Shown: one piece after another, positions 1 through 13,515 of the stretch
Layout: each line of letters opens with the position of its first letter
Numbering within the stretch: position 1 is the first letter of the stretch
NCBI GenBank assembly: GCA_051362555.1
Contig: CM120645.1
Span: 15,810,001-15,874,000, forward strand
Length of the DNA: 64,000 nt
Source of the DNA: Lingula anatina
Lineage: Eukaryota; Animalia; Brachiopoda
Direction of reading: 5' to 3'
Position numbers and translations under genes: made by a program
Notes under the pieces: model-generated
The model's database searches: none
What the model was told of the DNA's origin: nothing
Seen by the model: only the letters and a program-made list of their open reading frames with translations

Positions 1-299
1 ATACAGGTATCTGTTTTTGTGAGTATGTCTGGGTATGATTATTTATTATGACACAGTATAAATAAATACATAGTCTAGAGGAGTGCTTGCCTCCTACAGA
101 CTCAATTCATCACATGAAGATACATATTCCTGTCACACTCCATCATTTCCAGAGAGCACCTGTAGCACAAATATCACTTCACTGCTAGAGATGCATGTGT
201 CACTAAGATGTGTTGCTTTAAGTTTTCATTATTTGATTCATTCTGGTTAAGACCAAAAAGATGAAAGCCGTGCGACCTGCGAAAGTGCAGCAAAGCCAC

Positions 300-362
300 C
301 TCTCTCTCTCTCTCTCTCTCTCACACGCACACACGCACGCATGCACACACACACACACACAC
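300..362. repeat. (CT)n-(CA)n compound microsatellite
   Basis: Direct reading; explains the SLSL/HTHT ORF 261..545. Confidence 0.95.
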
Positions 363-580
363 ATGTACCTCCTTATCCATCATCATTATATCATTATTCA
401 GACAATACATATATCCCTGGTTTTTATTGAGAGTTATAGAGTATTTAAACTGAGAATAGGTTTGAAATATGTCCACAAATGTCTGAGGATATATTACATT
501 TTTTTCCATAATGTACACTTACAAATGACTAACTCGGGAAATTAGCTGCCACATTCTGAAACTGTAAACCAGGGTTCGCC

Positions 581-903
581 TAGCCCCAGAGTGTTACCAG
601 GCATCCCATATGTGCAGAGTACTCTACATTAGTGAACTACCACTCTAGACTGAAGCTGTGTTCACATAAGTCCTAATTTAAACTTTGCTAGCCCACAGAG
701 TGTTACCAGGCATCCCACATGTGCAGAGTGTCCTACACAAATGAACTACCACTCCAGACTGATGCCCTGTTCACACAAGTACTAATTTAAACTTTGCTAG
801 TTCCCAGACTGTTGCCAGGTATCCCACATGTGCATCGTACCCTACGTATGTGAACTACCACTCTAGACTGAAGCCTTGTTCACACAAGTCCTAACTTAAA
901 CTG
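581..903. repeat. ~108-bp tandem repeat, 3 copies
   Basis: Unit 'tagcc(c)cagagtgttaccaggcatccca...gaactaccactctagactgaagc...aatttaaactttgc' starts at about 581, 689 and 798. Confidence 0.9.
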
Positions 904-1253
904 CCTGTGATCTGGTTTTTACATCTAAATGATGTGTGGTATACTAATTTATGAAAACTTCTCTGATATACATGTACTGATCAGAGAACGTGTTTTGTCT
1001 TGATTAAAAATTAAAGTTAATTGCAGTCAGTCCAGATTTGATGATTCGACCTGATGCTGTGAAATCAGCCTGGTACAAATACATTCAATGCAAGTTAGAC
1101 TTAAATGAACTAAAAACAGGTTGAAAACTGATCCCGTTTATGACTTGCATTTTAAACAATTGCTCACACAGAGTGTCAAATCACCACTTCACATTCCTAG
1201 CTAGCAAAAAAAAAGTGCAAAAGACAAAATAGTGATCTGTATGGGACATATTT

Positions 1254-1468
1254 GTTGGTAGTTTCATGCTGGATGGACAAAGAAAAAGAGGAAGGCCGGT
1301 CAAACGATGGAGGGATGAATTAGATGACTACTGGAAGTCTTGGAAGAAGAAACCTTGGCCAAACTGGAAATCTGAGGCTCAGGATAGGAAACAATGGAAA
1401 AAGCATGCTGAGGCCTTTGTCCAACAGTGGAACACTATAGGCTCTAAATGATGATGATGATAATGATG
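1254..1468 (+). mobile_element. 5'-truncated RTE-clade-like LINE (ORF C-terminus plus (TGA)n tail) with 13-bp TSD
   Basis: ORF 1266..1451 (KRKRGRPVKRWRDEL...W...AQDRKQW) resembles the typical RTE ORF C-terminal motif. The stop is followed by (TGA)n. Flanking direct repeat ATGGGACATATTT at 1241-1253 and 1469-1481. Confidence 0.85.
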
Positions 1469-3136
1469 ATGGGACATATTTCTTATTTATTTCCATGCAA
1501 AAATTCCCAATGGCTGCCCCTGTTACCCATGCATGCATGCCCAACAAGTCTCAGTTGAGTTCACCGTCGCTTTATGAACTTCACTAAGCACAGCTTATGA
1601 CACCGCGCCTGAATAAAATACCCAGTGCATGGCTTTTTCATGACTGCTTTATGTGTAGAAGAATTGCATAATGTGGTCCATACAAGTGGAATCAACAGAA
1701 TGGAAAGCATATATTGTGTAACCACAGGAGATGAAAGAAGACTTCAAAACCAAAGTCAGGTTGATAAGTGGAAAGCATGGCACATATCCGACCCTTTATC
1801 AAATTTATATCACATATATTCAATTATAATAAATATTTATTCCCAATGGATTATATTTGCTCTTATTCACCAAAGCATTTAGTTTTCCAAATACTTTTGC
1901 TAAACATTTTCTCCCTGATAAAAATCTTCACTTCCCACTTGACAAGACAAGCAATCCCTTCTACCAAATCCAAAAACAAAATCCTTCATCAGAGTAGAAT
2001 CTGAGGTACCATTTAAATATCCTCTCTCTCCATAATTTATAAATAACTTAAGAACTCTTCCTTTCTACAAGTTCCTCAGGTGAGTGAATCTACCTGGAGG
2101 AGAAGGAAAAGCCAGGTATGATAATGATATAAGCCACCAGGTGTGTGTTGCCAGTAACTAACAGTAAACACATGAGAGGCATTTGTACTGTATCTAAATT
2201 CAGCAATATATTAGAAATTACAATTACCCTACCATTTTATTGTAAAATTACTTTTGTGCTCATGCTAGTCAACATTCATTTTCCTGCTAATAGGGCCAAA
2301 TGGTTAATACAGGTTTCTCAGCTGACGTAAATTTCCTGGTCCAAATTACAATGGTGTACGAGCAACAAAAATTAGATGGTTTCCATTGTCTACAGCTAAT
2401 TAAACAGTTACTTTTCAGCCACTGGCAAATATTCAACATGAACTGCGGAGAACCCAGAGCTGTAAATCCAAGTTTATCAGAGAACCTCTAATATAATCCC
2501 CCTGCGTTCAGTATCAGCTTAACCCAACACTGCCCTAAAAATAAAACCTTGCACAAATATCCTTAATTTCCCTTGCATAATAAGTCAACATCCGCAGCAT
2601 TGCACTGAATAATACAATCCACAAGGGCACTTGAAAGAGAACACTCACACATGTGAACTGATTTTGTCTTGCACCAAGACGAAGAGAGGAGAGAAGTAGA
2701 CGTAATGACAAATTGAAACATGTTCACAAATGCCTGATATCTCTGTTTTTCAATCAACTGGATTCAAACTTGATTAGTCAGAGGAGTCAAATACTATTAC
2801 TCAGTGGGAACATTTATTGATCCCAAGAGGCACATTACAGATTATTTTTTCACTTAACATGGTCCCCCAATCTTAATCATTTGATGATACACAGAGATTG
2901 ATGAAAATTCAATTCACAGGCACTGGGCATATGCTCTTAATATAGGACGTTTGCAGAACTACCCTGATATCTAATTCAACATGAAACTAAGGATATCTGC
3001 TGTTGACAGTTAAAGACCTGAGGTACTTTCATCAAAATGAAAGAGTCAAGAGCAGAAATGTGTAGCAAGCCAATGTGTGCCCAGAACTCCACCCCCCTCT
3101 TTTTCTCTTTCACTCACACTCACGTGTATGTGCGTG

Positions 3137-3221
3137 CACACACGCACGCACACACACACACACAAACACACACGCACACACAAACACACACACATGCACA
3201 CACACAGAAAGACACACACAC
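3137..3221. repeat. imperfect (CA)n microsatellite
   Basis: Direct reading. Confidence 0.9.
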
Positions 3222-6200
3222 TTCCTATGTTCAGAACTTGATTTGCCAGCTTGCATACATGCCTAGGTGCACACCTTTCCTTAGGTGTCCTGGACACCTA
3301 AATTTGTCTCAGGTATGTGCATTATATTTATCTTTAGATCTGAGATGGGGATAAGAAGATTATCTTTGAACTGCTATTTCTTTCCTCTCACCTCAATACT
3401 GTATTTAATCACACACACACACACGCACACACACACACACCTGATTTAAACTGTGTGAACAGCATTTTAAGTTTTTGCTCTTAACATGTCTTTTGTTAAA
3501 ACAAAAAACATCCTAAAGTTCCCCATAGGGAATATATATCTTTTAAACATCAAGAAGTTAAGAGAGGTTTTAACAAATGGTTATAAATCACAGGAAGAAA
3601 ATTAAGAAAACAGCAACAGAATTCCCAGGCAAGACACTAAACTCAGCTAATTCCCAGACCTAGAAAAACAATAGGGGAGGGGAGGGAGGGGGTGCTTTCT
3701 GAAACCTGTTCATTGCATTTCTGTAGGCTGCAAAATAATGAAACACAGGCTCTCTGCTAATCATTAGAAGCGGCACCCTTGTTTTAACCAATAAATGAGT
3801 ATCAGGCCAATATCTAATACCACCTCCACCACTGTGCAAATAAATTTGTTCAAGCCTAGCAAATGTCCTCCAGATGTGATAAAGCTTCCATCACATTGAA
3901 TTTTCAATTTCGTACTTTGCATGTTCACAAATTCCTATATGTTATGAAGCACTGAAACTCTAAGGCATAATATACCAGTACCCGTATTTCTGCAATTTCA
4001 ACTGGTTCAAAGTCATTGGCAAATACTGCTATAATCTCAAGGCCAATATAACCCCGATTTCCTCTACCTGCATACCATTACAACTAGTTCAGTTAATTCT
4101 TACGAAGCAACCTTATGTCACTTCCTTACTACAGTTGTTAGACTTCCAGATGTAGATACAAAATCAATACATCAAATACTGTTCCAATCGTGACAACAGA
4201 TCCGAAAACATCATGAAAAATATTAAGTTTCATTCACAGATCTCAAGTTTCAATGGTACTGCATGACCTTGTGTCTTTAATAACAGATTTGTTATTATTA
4301 AACTTTATAAGTCAGGTGCAACCCTGGGCCCAAGTAATCTGACACCTTCACATATCTAAGCACAGAGACTTGCACTGTACTATAACTTCAAGCAGATCAA
4401 CTATGAGGGCGTGGCACCTGAAACTGACTGAGGGGTTACTGTAAATACAAGTGTAAAAACTGGGCGATGCCATATGATTTTTGTAATATATTCTATAATA
4501 TCTGAGCATTAAAAGACTTGTCTCATCTGATCTGTTGACAGAGTCAAAAACTTTGCAACACAAGATATTTACCATGTTATCTTATACAGAAAATTGCCAA
4601 TCATTGAATAATTTCCTCATTAATATTTTACCACTGACAGCTGCCAAATCAGCACATGCATTTTAGTGTCCTCAGTAAATAATTAATCTATCCACGTCTG
4701 CATAGCAATACTAACTTAAGATATGCCAATCTTCCAAAGATATAGCCTTCATAAATAATTCATTGATACATTAATAATACAAATATTTTTGATCATATCC
4801 CAGTGAGTACTAATTACTACTACAAATCAATACAATGATTATATTATAAATATTTATGCAACCAAGCACCAATTAACACCTAGTACAGTTTTACAAAACA
4901 TATAGATATTCAAAGTACTGAGTACTTATTTTCATTCATAAGTTCCATATGACAACAAACTACATGTACAATCTTTACGGGGCTAGGCAGATTTTGCTTA
5001 AAATAATATATTCTGGTGAATGTTTAACAAAATGAAGTTTGAAATGAAGCTTCTAATATGTTCATCTTCAGAAGACTGGAGTCACACACATTTTCCCAGC
5101 TTTTTAAGAACTAGGTAGGCACTATAACACAACTTGTATTTTTGATAATCCCTACCAAGTTTCATAAAGTATACAACAGCTAACATTTCATGTTCCTTTA
5201 CAATTTTTATAACAATGCACATGTACAAAAAAAGCCCTCTGAAAAAATTTGACTCCTATATGACCTTTGCCTGTTCTACAAAAATATAATTCATAACAAA
5301 AGAAACGACTCCAAGCATGTCACCGAGTTGAATCTATGGAGAATGCCACCCATATCACCTGTACCAGTTCTACTGATATTTATGTAACAATGGCCAACAA
5401 AATACAATGAGAACATCCTGGAGGAAAAGATTCAGAACACAAACCAAGTACTAGTAAACAGTTTTTTCAAGCTTGACTGTCTACCTCATGAGTCACTGTG
5501 GTTTGCAGAGGACAATGGAGCGTAATCTCTTCCTTTTAGGGTAGCAGACATTTGTTGAGAGTTGTGGCTTGACAAATATTTCAGTGTTAAAAGGGCTTTG
5601 GTCTTTCCTTACTAAACCGCATACCATGTAGGTTTTGAACTTGAGTTTGCACTTACAAGCTAGCCTCACGGTATAGTCTGCCTCGGAACTTTTAACAGTT
5701 TTGGATTTAAATTTGTGTCTGAAAATAACGGAAGTTGAAAACAGACTCATTTCAATCGTCGAATTTTTCAAGATGTCTGCATGTCTACCCCTTTGGCATT
5801 TAGGTTAAAAAGTGATCTATTTTCATAGCCTGCGTGCCATTCATAGGTTAGCCGGCTAACTGTACAGGTGTGTTACTCTCTAACTGTTCGGTAGGATGTA
5901 CTTGATATCACCTGGGCATATCAAAGTGCTGCCTCCGGAAAGGCGTGCTCATGGAAAAAAAAACTGGGACATTTTTAAAAGTTTTCAGACCAAATTAGAA
6001 ATTAAGTTTAACAAAGATATAATGCCCCTATAGTTATTGTTTCCATAATGTGTTTTGGCTTCCAATGTTTCCCAAGTTAGCTATTTTGTTCATGTAGTAA
6101 ATGATTCATTTGCAATCTGCCATATATTTTAAAAAGAGACTAAATCTCACCACTCTAAACACAGATATTCCCTGAAGTAGAGAGTAATAAAATATTAACA

Positions 6201-6989
6201 AAATAAGAGACAGCAGTTTTTATTGCAAGCTAAAAATAGCAATATCTTCCATCTATAATCTCGTTGCCTGCATGGCGTCTTGATATAACGGGTCTACAGT
6301 TAACAGTACAGTGCCCACCACTTATTGTGGCACATCCTATGATGTAACAAAATAGGTGAAGTAGACATTAAGGAGAAATAATGGTTCTTTAAGTGTGGAG
6401 AGATGTAACAAGAGGAATTCAATGCCCTTTTTAGATCCAATGGTCAAAAGGTGAACACCCCTCTTCTCTTATTATTTGCTGTGGTCCTGAACTATAGCAG
6501 GGGCAGCCTGGGAGGCCCTATTTAACAATGGTTATTGTAATTTCCAATGGTATTTTCAAGTGTGTCCCATTGTACGCATCTTGTCTGTAGTGAAGTGTTT
6601 ATTGTCTAGTATTTGCTAGTGTATTTAAATTGGGTTTTATTGGGAATGACATAACACCTACTTGTAAGTTATGATGCAGGTCTCTATGAGTAAAGTCAAT
6701 ATAGATGGATGAATGATGTCAGATTTTAGTGTCTATCTCACATGTTAAGTTATTTGTGAAAACAACTGCACTGCATCTAATGAAGTTCATTATAAACATA
6801 ATTTGCACCATATTTCGCAGGTCATACAAATTCAGGGACATACTTATGAAGAACATATCTAAGGCCATCTGCTGCAGATAGCAATTAAATTTTGCTTTAA
6901 TTTCTCCACACGTTGCAAGTTTCAAATGCATTTGTTATCCTGGTTTTAAAAATTAATTTGCAACTGGATGAATCATCTTGAAAACATTG

Positions 6990-7282
6990 TCAACTTCCAA
7001 TCTTTTGTACTTTCTTCCAATAACAGGTAGACATAAACACGGTTGTTATATTATAACAGTTAAGTGGTACAAAAACTGCTTATAAATAAGTCAACCTTTG
7101 AAAATGAAAGTGTGTATAAATTTTACATTAAGTCATATCAACTTCCAATCTTTTTATATTACTATTATTAGTACTCTCTTCCAATAACAAGTCGACATAA
7201 ACATAGTTGCAATTATAACAGTGGTACAAAAACTGCTTAATAATATCAGTAAACTTCTGAAAATGAAAGTGTGTATAAATTC
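6990..7282. repeat. diverged two-copy direct repeat (~150 bp)
   Basis: 'tcaacttccaatctttt...cttccaataaca..gacataaaca...gtggtacaaaaactgctta...tgaaaatgaaagtgtgtataaatt' occurs at about 6990 and 7138. Confidence 0.8.
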
Positions 7283-10200
7283 CACATTGAGTCATAGCCA
7301 GAGCAAGAAATGCCTCTTTAAAACCCAATTCTGTTTCAGACTATGAACAATAGGTGTAAACAGGTTCATTCACCATTAAATCAACACCTTGATAACCCCG
7401 TAAGCTGATCTAAAAGTGCTGCAGATTATTCTTTCTACAAATATTGATTGGGTGTTTATACTTAGTAGCATAGCTAAGGCACTTAGTCAACCCACTGGTA
7501 TGGTCACCTCAGTTGATGTCCCGTATTAAGTCATTTCTGATTGAGGTGCTTGCAATTAAGTCTGAATTGACTTCTTAGCCATGCTGCGGACCAGATATTG
7601 TTATGCAATACACACTCCCAATAGACTGCCTCAAAATGATCAAAATTGGTTCAGAAGTGTCCCTTGCTAATGAGCCTTGAGTCAACTATTTGGTATGACA
7701 GGGGTTTCACCAGAAGTCAAGTGTTTTGAAGAAACAGCACGCCTGATTCCGTCAAGTACCTGTCAACTTAAACAGTACTAATAGAGATATTGGACAAGGA
7801 GATACCAGACGAGCTTAGGGACTATCCCTCACTCTAGCTTTAAAATTAACAAAAAAATTGCCTTAAATCTGTCTTAAATCTGTCTTTAGACAACATACAG
7901 ATATACTACATACTCTGGTATATTTCAACTTTCTTGTAACCAAATTATTTGAGTTTTTGTAAGATTCTCTAGAGCGAAGTAAATAATAAAGCTGAGTTAA
8001 AAGACATCCCACACTGGTAGAAAAACGATATGGGCTGCCTTTCCAAGTGAACCTTCCAGAGTCTGGATATTTCTGAATATTTACAGCAGTGTGGGTGTGG
8101 GTGTGTCCAGTCCAGTGAGTCACTACTGTATAACAGATTACCATACTGCTGCTACACACAGTAGTTCATTTAATGAACACACCTTTTACCTGTAGCTTCA
8201 ACCTGCATGACAAAACTGACATTGGTCAGAGCCATGACATTTTATATGCTAACAGCAATGAGAACAAACCCTTTCCATGCCTTCCTCTATCTAATCCTTA
8301 TGTGATCAACTACTGTACAAAAAAAAAAAAAAAATTGGAGGGGGGGGGGGGGGGGGGGGAGGGATTGATTAAAAACCACTATGGGCAAGCCCAGTCCACA
8401 CACACACACACACACACACACACATGCATGTACTCAAACATATACAGACACACACACAAACATTTACTTTTCCAATAAAACAACTCTCATCACAATATAT
8501 TAAGCAGGATTGAATAACCCTCAAATGCACTGTGCAAAATTCTGATTTAATTCACTTCATCCTTGTGTAGACAGACAAATTACACAGCAGAGCAGTCACT
8601 TCAGGGTTATTATCTATGCTACATACAGCCCCATATTTCACAGTCTGGCTTGTTTGACTGTATAACCTGACAGGCATGACTACCCACATCCAGATCTGGC
8701 ACTAGCATGGTAGCATTGTGTTCATGTATTTATCTATTTATATCATTCATGGATTCGTTCAGTCAGTAAGTCAGACAGCCAGCCATTAATTCATTTCATT
8801 CAATCGATTGTTCATTCATTTGTCATCTAATATTCATATATTGCTTTAACTATCCATTTGCCTTGAAACCAATAAATTTGACGCAAGAACTGTTAAAAGT
8901 GCTATTTTATGCACAACGTATTCATAGCAGCATCTCAATTCTTTTGGCTTCATAATAAGTGAGCATAATTTTTCTATCAATCTTTAATACAAAACGGTTG
9001 CCACAGCAAGCTCAGTCATAATTCTACCAGAGGAATATTTCCATATTCTAGCAGGGACAGAAATTAAACTTCCTTAAACAACTGTTATGACATGCCCAAC
9101 AATCTGTCTTAAGTTATTTTTGATACCAGCCCCAGGAGTAGTAAAGTAATTGTACATCCAACCACTGAACCATTCCACCTCCCACACAACAAAAACATTA
9201 GAAAAGCAGATACAAAGCTAACGGCAAACCCAGAAGCTGGCAAAGACATTCGCCAAGTTGTTTTGTATGTTGGAGTAGGTAGTTACTTAGTCACTAAACT
9301 TTCTTATGTTTTTCATTGAAGTAAGACCACTGGAATTTTGAGTGTGTAGGATTCCAATTATCTTGCTTTGAATCACTCTGCTTCTCACATTCCCAATGTC
9401 TTTCTTCTTATAGTAATAAAGAGTTGTACAGAATACCAGTGGCATGCTATATGGTTGTGTCATGCATACCAAAAACTAGGAAAAACTACCTGTGGTGCAT
9501 ATAAAGTATATTACTACAATAAGCATAATACTTTTTCAAGTTCCCAACTGCCCCATGCAAACAGCAGGAGCCTTCCACCTACATCTACAAACCATAAAAT
9601 GAATGATTTCTTTCATAAATGATCATTTCTTTCTTTCTTTCATAAATGGACCCTCCTCCCCCCCCCCCCCTCCTCCTCCTCCTCCACGCCTACATCTGAC
9701 AGGTCCCTCCTCCCCTGATTAAATTATGTTATCAATCAGCAACAGTATCATACCATTTTTGGACACACACACACCAGCGTCCAGTAAACAGATCACAATT
9801 TCCTGACCAGTCAACAAAGTATATAGACTCTGGGCAAGGTATGAACAGGAACACTACAGGAAATATACGGCCTCCTGATTAAACTGAATACTTCCTTACT
9901 CAGCAAGATGCCTCTCACTTTTAGATGGGTATCCTAACAGCCTGTTCAGACGAGGACCTTTTTAGACTGGGTATTAGAATAAATGACACCATCATGGCTG
10001 ATTCATTATAAATTTTACAAGGTTTTTCAGTTATCTGGTTGTCTGATGGCACGTTTTGACCCAACTTTCCATCTTAACAGTTCTTGTCTGCACTTACTTA
10101 TCCATACACTACACTTACACAGATATCTGATGGAAGAAGAAAATTCAAATGTTTTATGACCTATAACCCGTTCCACTCCTTATCCCATATTGCAGAGAAT

Positions 10201-10886
10201 AATAAATGTCCTTTTATATGCAGAACGGAATGCTGTTTCCAAATGAATTCATTTAAGATTGATGCTGCTAACACATGGTCTTGGATATCATGGCCCTGTA
10301 ATAGCCATTTCTTTTCCTTTGAATCTGCTGACTAGTAATGTGATATTATTATTGTGAAACCTTTTTTTTTTTTTTTTTTTTTTAGGGAGAAAAAAACTGC
10401 ATCCATTTACATGCTATAACTGTGGCTGATTTTATGCAAGTGAGCTAGGCTACTTCTAATTCACAGAAAAATCATTTCATATCATGAATTTTGTCCTAAA
10501 TTGACAATTTTTTAGTAAACATTCTTTCAGATGGAAATAAATTCATGCAGGAAAATAATCACAGGGAGTAGTGAACCTTACAGTCAAAATGAAGAGCCTT
10601 AACCTGACCTTGTGCTGTATTCCTCAATTATGAAGAACCCGCAGGAGAGTATAATATATCAGCCAAGAAATAGTTACAAAAATTTGACAAAACAACCTCA
10701 TGACTGCAGTAGACAAAACAGACAGACCTTTGTTACTCATTCCCCTATAAAAAACCTTGGTTAAATCTAAGTTATGCTTTACAGATATGTTGTTTGGTAC
10801 AAACAGGATCTTTTCAAGGGTTTATGAAAAGCCAAACACAATTAACAGACACTAAAACAACTTGACTGCTGACTTTGTGTGTGTAA

Positions 10887-11101
10887 GACCCCATTTCCAG
10901 AGATTAGATCGATCTACTTTAGATCGACCTAACTCCCTGGGGGTTCACGCTAAATAGCTGTCAGCCGGGCGGACACGAAAGTTAATTACCCCCTTACAGC
11001 TTGTAGTAGGCGGGACGGACATTTAAGCCGGATTATCTGACAGTAATCTACTGAGACTCCTCGCGGGGATAGATCGGTCTAAAAGCTCTGGGAATACAGC
11101 C
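10887..11101. mobile_element. MITE family A (PIF/Harbinger-like, TAA TSD)
   Basis: Imperfect TIRs (gaccccatttccagag / ctctgggaatacagcc) with TAA on both sides. The core 'gatcgacctaactccctgggggttcacgctaaa' recurs at 61337 and 61803 and in diverged form at 36827 and 57772. Confidence 0.75.
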
Positions 11102-13126
11102 TAAGTTGACAATTACAAGGACAGGTGAATCATATCCTATATACATGCTCATTTATTACAAGATTAGATATAACAAAATACAACACCATAACGAAGGCAA
11201 AAAAACTTTTAATCCTATCACCCAGACCAAGGGGTGCAATGAACTGCAGGAAGAAGTGGCTATAGGTAAAATCTCCTTGCATGTTGCCTCCCTCCCTCTT
11301 CCTTCTTCCCTAAAAGCACCCATATTGTAGGTATACCCCATCGTCAATAGATTCACATTATACCCTGTTAGCAATGTCACTCACTGCAACACTGCATCAC
11401 CCATGTCATTACGAGGGCCACTAACTGTGTTAATACCCCATCCATACTAGTACATACGCAGAGAGCCTTCCTCAGGCCTCAATACACTATCTAGTTCTTA
11501 GCAAGTTGCCCTATGCATACCGATTAATATACCGGCATCACGAAAACATGGGGGCCACGGTAGCCTCATCAAAAGGTGCCGCAATATGCGATACCTGTGT
11601 CACATGCCATCTCTGTGGCATAAAAACTGGTTACTCCAGTTAGGATGAGAGGTTGCGACCTGGTATTTTTATGTGCACATTCATACTATTCATACACAGG
11701 TGACATAGGATAAACCTTTCTGTACTAATTAGGATCAAGTTAATATATTTTAGGGATTAATTTGGAGCTTAGGCCAAAAGCTAGGAGTGATTAATAAAAT
11801 CAGGTTAACTGCAATTGAAATCTGTAAACCTGAAGTTGTTGACAATATAATATGACATTCACACTCAAATCTAAATGGACACACTCTATGTCTGTTCTAT
11901 GTTAGGCATTGAGAAATACTTTGGTTATCTATGGGTATTTTGACATTTGAAAGCACATTAAGTCTATCTGTGTCCTTGACAGCAGAGATTAACATCCATA
12001 TCTGTCACCATGGCAGTCATCCAGACTCTTTTTTAGGTTTTTGCTATGCACAAATAGGAACCAATGAATGACCCTGTGGGTGTAATTAACTGAGGCAGTC
12101 ATGTATGAAGTTTTTCTCTTAAGTAAAAAAAGGTCTAAACTGAGTGACTGAGAGATAGGTGAGCATATTTTGTTTGCACCTTTACTACCGTAAAGCTTTC
12201 ATACTTTTTCAATTTTTCATTCTTATTTTTTGTAACAGTAAAATCAGAGACCATACACACATACATTATTTTGTATACAAAATAAACAGTCATTTTGCAG
12301 TCAAAACTGAAATTCAAGGATCACCAACATTTTATTCCAACTACTTGTGCTTGCCTTCCAGACCATGTTTCATTTAATCTTGCTACTAGTACACTATGGG
12401 GGCACACCCAAGGTGTTAGACACTTGTATTCAATGGGCTACTTCATGCAGGAAGTGGGGAGAAAACTTTCTGAAATTTAACCCTAAATTAACAAAGCACT
12501 ACCACAACAAGAGGTCCAATAACAGGGTCATAAGTCGTCTCACCTGTAATTTAATTCACAGTGTGATAATAAGGCTCCTTGGATATAATTACACTAAGTG
12601 TTATAGCATGATTGTATTAGGGTACACTCTATGTTCTTTAGTAAAGTAGATTTAATATGGCCGGCTAACAGAAAAATGATGAACACAATCCCCCCTCCCC
12701 CATCCCTTTGGCTGAATTATTTTATGTTATTTGAAAAAAAAAAACAACCTTATTTGAGTTCCTGGACAAAGTGTACTTTGTGAAGCCTACACTCTTCCAA
12801 CTATATCCTTGCCCCACAAGATGTCAGGTAACTATCACACCAGTCTAAGTGATATAACAGGCTGGGCATAGTGACTTAATCTAATACTCTATCAATATGG
12901 GAGACTTAATTTAATAGCCCACTTATGTGAAATAATATCCTATCACTATGACGTAATCTAATATGCTTGCCACCCTGGTGATATTAAGTTAACCCAGCAC
13001 CCTGGTGACTGGGTTGTATAGGTTACCTTGGAGACACAAAAGCATAGTTTGGTGCCACAATTCAATATGTCATCTTGAGGACTCCAATAATTAATATTTC
13101 AAGGAGCAACGCAGATAGGATGTGGG

Positions 13127-13167
<41 letters not shown>

Positions 13168-13256
13168 CACAACTTTGAGCCACGCATCAAACAAGGACCA
13201 TTTTATGTCCAGTACTAGTGACCCAAAAAAACATTAACCAAATACTAGTAGTAGTA

Positions 13257-13515
13257 AGGCTTCGTTCACATGCAATGTCTATTTTCTAAATTCTATTTTC
13301 TATTCGCGGCATGTGTTGTGATCACCATCTGTGCCCTGAATATCCCGCGGCGTAATTACTGGCAGCGCGAGCCAGTTACTATAAGTTACTATAAGTAACT
13401 GGCTCGCGCTGCCGGTAATTACGCGGCGGGATATTCAGGGCACAGACTGTGATCAAAAGATAGCGCGAATAGAAAATAGAATTTAGAAAATAGACATTGC
13501 ATGTGAACGAAGCCT
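13257..13515. mobile_element. near-perfect palindromic (foldback) MITE
   Basis: The ~125-bp arms (aggcttcgttcacatgcaatgtctattttctaaattc... / ...gaatttagaaaatagacattgcatgtgaacgaagcct) are reverse complements. Flanked by TA and CpG-rich relative to the surrounding intron. Confidence 0.85.

Noticed and set aside
11549-11665. GGGGCCACGGTAGCC as a tRNA or tRNA-derived SINE head
   Set aside because: No B box or cloverleaf follows.
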